This document shows positions 25,985 to 36,000 of a stretch of DNA of 64,000 nucleotides, piece after piece. The stretch lies in contig CAZIIR010000001.1 of NCBI GenBank assembly GCA_964539475.1, positions 2,869-66,868 on the forward strand. The letters are read 5' to 3'. A program made the position numbers and the translations under genes. The notes beneath the pieces were generated by a model. The model was not told the DNA's origin, searched no databases, and worked only from the letters and a program-made list of their open reading frames with translations. Each line of letters starts with the position of its first letter. Position 1 is the stretch's first letter. The stretch is from an uncultured Candidatus Saccharibacteria bacterium. GTDB lineage: Bacteria; Patescibacteriota; Minisyncoccia; Phycocordibacterales; XYD1-FULL-46-19.

Positions 25985-26334
25985 GAATAGAAAAAGCTGG
26001 AATATTTTCACAAGGAAACAAAGTAAAACCAGTAAGAGATTTAGTTGAGTTTGAAAAAAGAATAAAAGAATCAATCTTCGATGAACAATATCCTCTCCGT
26101 GGTCAGGAGTATATTATTAACGAGTGTCACGATTATGCTCCTGTGCTATACACCACTGACGAGCGTGGAGAATATACAAACAACTTAGATGGTCGTAGGT
26201 TGATGCATTGCAGACCACACCTTCTTCAATTCAAAATAAAATTATTCGGATTTGAAATGAACTTAGACAAAGTTGGATTTGAGTTTATGTTCAGATCAAA
26301 TCTATTTGTTCCATATTGGTATAACCTTCCATGA
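25981..26334 (+). CDS. hypothetical protein
   Basis: ORF track. Confidence 0.45.
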   Translation: MRIEKAGIFSQGNKVKPVRDLVEFEKRIKESIFDEQYPLRGQEYIINECHDYAPVLYTTDERGEYTNNLDGRRLMHCRPHLLQFKIKLFGFEMNLDKVGFEFMFRSNLFVPYWYNLP

Positions 26335-26759
26335 GCACTAATTTTATTATTACAGGCTATGACGAACATGATTGGCCTGAGTATAGGGATCAAGAAAATG
26401 GCAACTACCAACATAAATGCACTAAATGCAATGCCGACTTTATTGGTCCAAAGCATATGTATTTTTGCAGGATATGCTGGCATGTAATTAAAAACACATG
26501 CCCTAAATGCTACAAGTCACCACTTCGTGTATTAACATGGAAGTCCTGCGGAAATGATGGAAAAAGTCATCACTGTTGGGACTGTGATTTTGTCACATTC
26601 CCTCAAGGAATCACAAAAGATAACTGGAAAAAGTTAATGGCAGAAGAGGAAAAAAAGACCAAAATAAAAATATGCGCTAGGTGTAAACATGAGCACACAT
26701 CTAAAACAAAGTGTTGCGAAAAGTGTAAGAAATATATGAGAGATATGTATCGACTGTAA
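26331..26759 (+). CDS. Cys-rich multi-zinc-ribbon protein (six CxxC pairs)
   Basis: CTKC, CRIC, CPKC, CWDC, CARC, CEKC. Confidence 0.5.
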   Translation: MSTNFIITGYDEHDWPEYRDQENGNYQHKCTKCNADFIGPKHMYFCRICWHVIKNTCPKCYKSPLRVLTWKSCGNDGKSHHCWDCDFVTFPQGITKDNWKKLMAEEEKKTKIKICARCKHEHTSKTKCCEKCKKYMRDMYRL

Positions 26760-26761
26760 TA

Positions 26762-27040
26762 TTACAAGTTAATCCTCGCTCTATTCTTCGCCTTCGACTG
26801 GAGGCGAAGATTAGTAATTTTATTAGTGCCTCCAGTTGATATTGGTTTCTTGTGATCTACGTCCTTATTCTTCATCATAGCTGATGCGCGTTTAGGTCCG
26901 TATTTCTTGGTAAGAAACACCTCCATATCACGCCTAGCTTTATTTCGCTGCGACCTCTGCTTTATAGTTTTTTTATTATAAAGCTTGTCTTTTGTGTAGT
27001 CTCTTCCGGTTGACTTATTATGGACTCGTTTCTTCTTCAT
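26762..27040 (-). CDS. HNH endonuclease, last gene of the late operon
   Basis: DVDHKKPISTGGTNKITNLRLQSKAKNR HNH motif. Confidence 0.55.
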   Translation of the reverse strand: MKKKRVHNKSTGRDYTKDKLYNKKTIKQRSQRNKARRDMEVFLTKKYGPKRASAMMKNKDVDHKKPISTGGTNKITNLRLQSKAKNRARINL

Positions 27041-30000
27041 ATGCAGCTAATTGTTCTTCGCGTTCTTTGCCTGATTTTTCGATTAAGCTACTTGCCCTAA
27101 AGTATCTCTTGATGTCTGGTTGTGATACACCAATCACTGCCGCAAGATTTACAAAATCCAGTGGTGATATAGCCTCTGGTTTTTGAAAGAACTTAGAACC
27201 GCTTTCAATAGCATCGACTATTCCTTCCACCGTTCCACCAAAACTTCCACCGATATTAGCAATTGTTCTTTGCTCATATACGGCAGGAAGAAACTCTTGC
27301 ATCTGAATGTTTGCCAACTCTTCACTTAGAAGAGTTACAGTCTTACGGTTTTCAAGAGCCTTGTGTCTTTTGATTAGTTTTTGGATTCGATCAATTTCTC
27401 CTTTTTTCCAAGCCTTGAAGGTTTCAGCCTCTGGTCCGTCAGATCCTACATGAATAATTATATTAGGAACAGCTTCAAGGTTAAACGGAATAAACATGTT
27501 AGATGCTGCATCCTTTACTGTCTTGATTGAAAGAATCCTTGTGTTGTTAGTTCTGTTTTGAATATTCTGAATAACCTTACGATTCTTTTCTCTCATAGAA
27601 ATCTCAGCATTGAGTGTGCGACGCTCATTTTTTGTCATTCTATTTTGAGACTTAGAGTAAAGCTTTTTTAATTCCTCCTCTTCTTCTGGATTCTTCAATG
27701 CATGAACAATAGCGGCAGCCATTCCATACTGAACTGCATATGCCATCATTGTATATGTTACAGATTGAGCAGCAATACCCATCATGTATTTAAATGATTT
27801 GGCTTTTTGTTCTCTACTTACATCTGAATCAAAAAGCCTTCTCATTTCCTTTCCAAAGTTTACAGCGTTATTGATCGAGAACGACCTAAACGCTATTAAT
27901 AAATTTCTTGCAATACTTATTTTAGCATCCTTGTTAGTGAGATACTCACCACGACGAGAAGCATCACCAATACCTATATAACGCTCTGTTGCGTCAATAG
28001 CTTTTATGTATGACACTGGATCGTATGTAAGGTCTTCAAGTCTGACATGAGTTCCTTTTGAGTCCTGTTCAGCATTAAGGTATTCAGCAAGTGCCATAGG
28101 AGCACCTGACAATGTATCAGAAAGCCTGAATGCTTTAAACAGAATATTTTCGATTCCTTTATCAACACCAACTACTGCCCTATACAAATAAGGCATTTCC
28201 TTTTTCATCATTTCAACTAATGAGCTAGGATTAATATCCAGATTAACTGATTTGTCGATTTCTTGGAATTGCTGGCGATGAGTTACTTCAAAGATAACCT
28301 TATCCACAAGTCTTGCTTGATGAGGTTCAAGCATTCCCATTCTGTGTTTTAATAAATATGTTGCAGCTTTAAAATAGTTGCCAATTTTGTGTGGCTCATT
28401 AATGTGCTGAACAAAGTATGGAGTAGTATTTGAAACAAGCTGTGCTGGCAACTGATGTAAACCAGACAATACGCCCTGAGCCCATTTTCTTCCAACCCAG
28501 TTTGTAGCAACATGGTATGAATGCATGTATGATGCTTGAGACATCACATTCTGCCACGTTCCATTCATCGCACTTCTGAATGCATCTGTCCGACCTCTCT
28601 TTTGTTCTGGATCACCTAAGAACTTAGCAAACAATTTTCCATTCTTGTTTTTGTGATTCAGCAATTGAGACATCTCCTGTCTTGCATGTGCTGTAAAATA
28701 ATCATACACAGCAATCCTGCCAAGAGACTCACCGGCATAATTTATATTAAACACAAGAGAACGATTTGTTCCTATTTTTCTTGTTCTCGACTTAGTAGAA
28801 CCAAGTCCAGTTGTATTTGTTCCATAAAATATTTGTCCAGAAGAGAATGATTGAGCATCAGTTAGCATTTGAGCTTTGGCGATATCAAAATCTGTATCAC
28901 CTTCACCTTTGATGATAACTGACATTGTTGGAATGTAGTTCTCGATTTCCTCAAATGGTCTTCCATAAATAAACTCTGTAGTGAACTTAGAAAGAGGTTT
29001 TAGTGCATCATACATCTTAACGATACCATCTGCATATTGGATTCCCTTGTCTCCAATAAATATATTAGCATTCTGGTAGAATTTAGCAACATCTTCTGGT
29101 GTGAAGTCAGAAGTAAGTTGTCCATTTTCTATAGTGTAGTTAATACCAGACAGGAAGTTATCTTCAAGATACTCTTGATGACGCTTTCCTTGTGCATCAA
29201 AGTCTCTATCGTAAACTCCAATAGTATTTTTATTAGAGTCAAGAACCCATTGGACGCTTGCTTTAAATCCCTCTTCAGGAGATTCAACTAATTTTCTTTG
29301 ACGAAGGATTCCAAACATTCCTATCTTGTTAGCCATGTCAGCATCAAGAACACCGTTATAAACATCACTTTGAAGTGATTCAATGTATGGTGTAATAACT
29401 TCTTCGTGATACCGTTTAGCAAGAACAAGACCTTCACGGAATGGTGCTTGAAGACGAGTCAAAAGATCGTAAGAATAACCATCGGTTGCAAGTCGTTCAA
29501 TCTGACTTGAGTTAGATTCAAGTTTAGATATGTCAGAGTTCTTTTTTCTTGTCCCGTATGGGTCACTAAACGTGGCCTCCATGTTTCTAATGATATCTGT
29601 TGTCTCACTACTAATAAATCCCTCAAGACGATTTGGATAGCCATCAGTAACAAGACTAAGAAGTGAGTAATAAACTCTGCGTAAATCTCCACCACTAAGA
29701 GATGTTGCATCCGTAGTAATTAAACTAAGCGCGTATTCATTAAATAGCTTACGCATTATTGCAACTTGTTCTCTTAGAATTGGAATACCATTATCCAAGA
29801 TTGGATTACCTGTCTCTACAAGGCTGCTATCAAGATCAACAACTCCACGGTTAATAATATCACTAATATCATCAATTGCTTCAATAGCTTGGAACTGGAG
29901 ATCAACAACAGCATCCATTGTTGCAATGTCAGAGTCGTTAATAACAACGGATGCAAGATCATCGTTCTTCTCTTGAATAAGGTCTTGAAAGTGTTTTCTC

Positions 30001-33000
30001 GCAGCGCCAGCGTCTTCATTAAAGAATGCAAACTCAGGAAATCCCTCTACTCGACTTGCGTAGAACTCGTATTCGTTTTTGTTAGCTTTCTTTTTATAGT
30101 CGATCAAACGCTGTTCAAGTGTGTCAACAGGAATCCTTTCAGTGGCAGGATTTTCCTGTTTGTTGCGAGTATTAACAAAGTCTTGATAATCAGCCAAGAA
30201 AGCCTCTACGTCATTATCGTTAAGGAATGCGTATGGAACACCTTTGAAAGCGTTGTTGATTTGAATTTCTTTACCCATGAGTTTTTGCTCATAAGTTCTC
30301 TTGATTAGTTTAGCTATTTCCTTAGAAGCTTTGGATTTAGATTGTGTAATAATTTCATTATCAGTCACAATCCAATCAAGATCGTTGTCTTCTGTTGGTT
30401 CTACTGGAGCTTTTTGTTTAGGCTGTGATTTGCTAAAACGAATGTCTGGAGAATTAGAGAATCGTTGAGACAAAGGAATTACATTACCTTGATCGTCTTT
30501 TGTAACAGGGTCTGAGGATTTAAATTGAGAAGAATCAAACCCAGCAATTGCGTCTGCTTCTTGCTCTGCGCTTTTTTCTCGTAAAAGAAAACCATCAAAA
30601 CCAGCTTCCAGTAGTTCTTTTTTTAACTGCCCCTTGTTTAATCTCTCAAAAACTGGACTCTGCATTCCATTGCTTGGCTTGGCCTTAACTCCCAACGATT
30701 GGACAAATGTATCAAATTCCTGGTTGCTAACACTTCCAGATCCAAGCTGCCGAAAATCTGCCGGATTTGAAATATTATGATAAAGACTCAATGATTTATC
30801 TCCAAAAAGTTGAGAATACTTTTTGTTTTCTGTGACGTATATCAACCCAACACCATCTGTCTTAATAGGAGATACCAAAAAACTTCTTCCTGTTGAGGTT
30901 AATATATTTCTAATCCTTCCAAATATATTAAAATCAGAATTTGTTGAATGAATAACCATAGATGGTTTGTATCCAGCCTCTTTAGCAGCCTCATCAACCA
31001 TCTTTTGAGCGGTGTCTAAATCACCAGACTTAACTGCCGCCAAGTATTTTTGATCTTTAACATTATTATTAGGCTGTGATTTACTAAATCTAAGTAGTCC
31101 ACGGTTTTGTGGAACACTGAACATGTATCCGGTGTTGGTGTCTTTATTAAACACAGCAGACTTACCTTTTCCGTGCCTACCAACTGTTACTTTTTTAGGT
31201 TGTGAGTTAGTAAGTTTTTTAAGACCGTTAGGAACGCGCTCGTCGTATGCGGCTTTCATTCCTGACTCTTGTTCTATTTTTGGAACTGATTTTTTTAACA
31301 GATCAGCTCTAACTGTTTCTCCATCATAAGTTGTTAAGCGATAGATATTACCGTCTGGTCCTTCTGATTTTATTCCAGGTATAGCTCCTTCGCTTCCATC
31401 TGCCATTGTATAAGTAGTATCAATATCAGTCCTGGGAATCCAATCATCTGGCATTTTAATGTTACCATTATTATACGATGCATTTTCTATAATATCTCCA
31501 TCTTTTTCTGGATTTGCAAGTTCATAAATATCACCAACTTGATCATGCCCCTCAGTCATCATTGCTGTTTCAGCATCGCTTGTAATAATTTTATCAGCAC
31601 CTTGTTCTTGTGCAAAATTAACAGCGGCTTTAAGTGCAAGTGATTCCCAATAGTTTAGGAGCGGAGATGAAATATCTTCTCCAAGACTTTCCCATTTATC
31701 AATAAGAAGAATATTGTCTTCTTTAGATATTACTTCATTTTCTTTATATTTATAAATATCAACACCAGTATCTTCTGCTTCTCGTTTTGTTAAATGCAAT
31801 GAATTAGACGACCCTTTTTTGCTAATAGTAATAGAATCATCTAAAAGCTCTATTACAAGATCAGATTTTTTATAACCATCTAATCTATTTTTGTCTCTAC
31901 TTAATTTTCCAGCCCAATCGCTTTGAACTTCCCATATTTCAAGAATGCGAGTTGGTTTAGTTGCGGTTGTTCCGTCTGGTAGTTTGTTTCCAGTTTGGTA
32001 TTCATGGATACCACCACGAACGAATGCTAGTTGGTTTGCTTTAACACTACCTTCGTAATGCTGAGATTCAAATTTAGGTTTTGGAGTTACTGTTGCTCCT
32101 GTGTCTCTTACGAATACAGTAATTGTTCTATTTTCATCGTAAATTGAAGACTCAGATGTTGTTACAAAATACCTAGGTTCTGGATATTTATTTTGAAACT
32201 CCTCAAGCTTACCTTCCTTTTCTTCTATTGGAAAGGATTCTTTTACAATATATTTATTATCATATAAAGAATTATCTATTTTATTTAAAGAAGATGATTC
32301 TTCACTTGGAAGTGGAACATTCAAACTCAAATCACCAGACCAAATAAGCTTATGTCCAGGCTCGATTTCTTCACCTTTAAGTTGTTCGTTTGAGTATGGA
32401 TCTACTCCGTATTTTCCGGTGGCAGAGCTATTTTTTGCCGCTAAGAAACTACCGGTAGAATATAGTTCAATATATTCATTAGCAAGTTTCTTTGCATTTT
32501 CTGGAAGTTCTTCTAATTTAACACCACCAAATGTTTTAAATACAGCAGTTTCACCAGTAAACATTGGAGCGTCAGGCGCAAACCCAATGGTTTCTAGTTC
32601 GTGCTGAACAACACCAACTGTTCTGCTTAATGCGCCACCACTAAAATCTAACTTATTTATTACAACAGTAGGAACTGTGTCGATCACTTCCGCCAGTTCC
32701 GACATATTAACACGACCATTTTTTGATAAATCGTTAACAAGTTGTGTCAGTGTATCAACCTCAAACTCAGTAGCTCCTGATTTTTTGATCTTAGCTGCAA
32801 GGTTTTGAGAAGGAAGAGTTCCATCTTTAGCCACAACAAGACCCATTACATTTTCAGGGTCTTTTAGTTGGTCAGCAAGACGAAAATCAAACTGGTTGGT
32901 TGAACGACTAAAGCGAGTTGCTGCTGGAGTTTTGTATAAATACTTATCTCCCATTATAACATTTTTATCACTGTTCATTCCTGCGAACTCAAGAACAGCT

Positions 33001-36000
33001 TTTTGAGATGAATTAAGTTTATACTGCTCATCAACAAGGATTGACGATCCGTTTATGACACGAAGATAACCACGTTTAGCCATTTCTGCATAAACCTGAG
33101 TAACCGTCATTCCTTCTATAGCTTCTTCGCCAATAATGTCAATAGCTTTTCCAAGATGGTCTTGATAACCAACATCGATTATTTTTCCATTAGGCGCAAT
33201 CCAAGCTCCGTATCCACGAATAACAGAATCCATGTAAACTGATTGGTGGGATTTGGAATACTGTATTTCTCCATTTGTTGTTATATCAGAATCAAAAGCG
33301 GTCTGAATAATAATATCAAGATCATTAACTGTCCAGTTTGCTGTCCCTGCTTTCAGGAACTTAATACGAATCCAATTAACAATCTTTTCAATAATTGATT
33401 TTGATTCTTTATCCTTTCCTTCTGTTAGTTTAGCAAAAATTTCATCAACAATTTCATTTTCTGTTAAGTTTTCTTTTGCATATGCAGCACTTGTTCTTTC
33501 CCAAACATTTGAACCGTCTCTCCATTTAAGGGTTTTTAAGAATGTAACTAAATTATTAAACCCTTCTTGGCTAATGCCAGAAAGAACGCCACTTAGTTTA
33601 AGATGACCAACAACTTCATGTTTAAATATTCTTTCTACCGCTTCCACATGTGACTCTCCTTTATGTGGAATAATATTATCAAGAATAATTGTAACATTGC
33701 CTTTTTGGACAAAAGCTTCAACGATGCTCGTAACATCTTCACGATTTAATTCCTCGTGTGTGTTTACGATCTTAAGGTCTTTCAGTCCAACGTCTTTTGC
33801 AAGCTCGTTAATTCTGTCAGTCTGCTCTTTTCTGCGAGCTATGTTTTCAGGAGTGTTTTCGCGTTGTTTGGCAAGAGTAGCTTGTGATTCTTCTCTGAAC
33901 TGCTCAATCTCTTGTTGAAGAATATCTAAAATATCAGGCTCGGATTCTTCAACCGGAGCGGTGTCTTGAACAGGAGCAATGGTTTCTTCAATAGCCTGCT
34001 CGACGGTTTGTTTAGGTGCTTTCTCTTTACCTTTCTTGATTGCAGTTTGAATGCTTTGTGCAAACTTATACAAGTCTCCATCGTAAGATGGAACACCATA
34101 TATTTCTGCAAGCTGTGGAAAGTTAGCTTCTGAAAGAAATCCACGACTAATTAAATTATTAAGACGATCTCCAGTAAAGTCACCTTTTTTAGAAAGTGAA
34201 ACAATCTGCATTAATGTTCCTCGATCAACTTCCTGTGCTGGCTGTTGTTCTGGATTTTCTTTTTTAGCAGTGAGTTCAGCAAGCTTAATTCTTGATGCGC
34301 TTTTTTGGCTTTCTGTATATTCACCACTCTTATCATTAATAACTTTATTATGAAGCGCAATACGATCTTCAATTGAAATTTGAACATTTGGCTGAATACG
34401 AGCCTTGTCTGCTTCTAGTTTTCCTATCCAATCTTTAGAGCGTATTTTTTGTTGTTCGGTTGCATTGTCGTCGTTTAATATTTTGTTGTGATAAGCCAAT
34501 GCCTTATCAATGCTTTCAATAGCTGCGCTTGGATTCTCAGTCTCATTGATCTGGTCAATGGTTTCGATTGTTGGAAGAACTGGTTCTGGTTCTACTGTAG
34601 GTTCTACGGTATCTTCTTCAACAGGCTCTACCGCAGGTGTTTCCACAGGCGTTTCCACAGTTTCTTCAACTGGAGTTTCAGCTTTTTTCTTTTTTCGTGA
34701 CGATGGCTTTTTAACTTTTGGAGCAACAACTTTCTTTCCTTCTGGAGTATTTTTATTAAGCTTTTCTGTTGCTTCATCTATTCTGGTTTGATCAATTGTT
34801 TCTGTTTCAACAACTGGAGCTTGTGTTTTTTCCAACTCATTGTAACGAGTTAGCTCAGTTGGTGTAATAGTATTATTAATCTTTTTTTCAAGCAAGTTTT
34901 CAAACTCTGCTTTATCTTTGTTATCAATAACTTCACTATCATCAACAAGAGAAGTCTTAGGCTTAACTTCTGCTGGATCAATTGCTTCCGCTGGTTCTTT
35001 AGTGGCAACTTCATTAGCTTCTCTGACTTGAGCTAATATTTTTATTTTGTTTCCAGTTACAACGACAGGAACCCACCCAACTTGTGGATTAACAGAAGCT
35101 TCGTATCTTTTAGCTAGTCCTTTAAATTTAACAAATCTCCTGTTAGGTGTTACCTGTAATGTAACAGGTGCTCCTAATGCTTTTATTAGGTTGGCGTTTT
35201 TAACCAATGCCATTCCTTCTTGTTTTACATAAATAACATTATCATTCTTTAGTTTGGTGTCATCATTAAGAGTAACATCAAATGGCTTCTTGGTTTGAAG
35301 CTGCTTATCTTCTCCTTTTAATATGAAATTTGTATCATTAGACTCAAACTCAGTTTCTTCTTGAAAAGCAATAGGACCAGCCGATGTTCCATCATCGTTT
35401 ATCTTTTCAAACAATCCTCTTGCTTTTTTTAACCTTTCAAGTTTATCTTTGTCTTTTACTGGATCAAGGTCTTTTTCAATTTTATTAAGCTCATCGGTAT
35501 ATGGCTTATTTGCAATTCTAATTTTAGACTGCTCTGGAAGAACCTCTCCAAGTCTTTCTTTTAGAGTAGCTTCTGCTTTGTCTTTGATCGGAGTTCCAGA
35601 AGGGTCGAGAGATGGCTTGGTATCTCCCTTAATAATTTTATCAGGAGCTTTTGCTGTGACATTAGAATTAGCTATTTCAATAGCCTTGTCGTAGTTACCC
35701 GCTTTGATAGCATCAAAGATTTTTAACTCTTTAGCTTTTGTGTCAGCAATACTAACTGTTTTACCAGCATCAGTTAATTGTGCAATAGTTGCAGAAACAT
35801 TAGCTTGGTTTGATCCTTTTGTTAATCCAGCTATTCCAGTACCAACCATTGCACCAACTGTTCCTTCGACAGCAAATGAACGAGCAAGCTCTCCGATATT
35901 AGTAGCATTCTTTAAATACTGCTCATCTCCAGTTGCATAGTAATCACCAAGGTTTCCGGCTACATCTGTTCCTACTCCACCAAGCAAGCCTTCGTTTAAA

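Noticed and set aside
26784-26813. 8-bp GC hairpin (tcttcgcc / ggcgaaga) at the convergence point of the two gene blocks
   Set aside because: It lies inside the C-terminal coding sequence of the HNH gene. It is plausibly a bidirectional terminator but cannot be separated from coding constraint
33926-34791. Diversity-generating retroelement (template and variable repeats)
   Set aside because: No reverse transcriptase gene is present in the window, and the direct repeat at 2953/3516 lies in non-coding DNA rather than in a tail-fibre C-terminus
34488-35940. + strand ORFs of 60-93 aa nested antisense in the giant protein gene (34488, 34510, 35047, 35449, 35704 and others)
   Set aside because: They are antisense to an uninterrupted 9.9-kb ORF, and their translations are low-complexity
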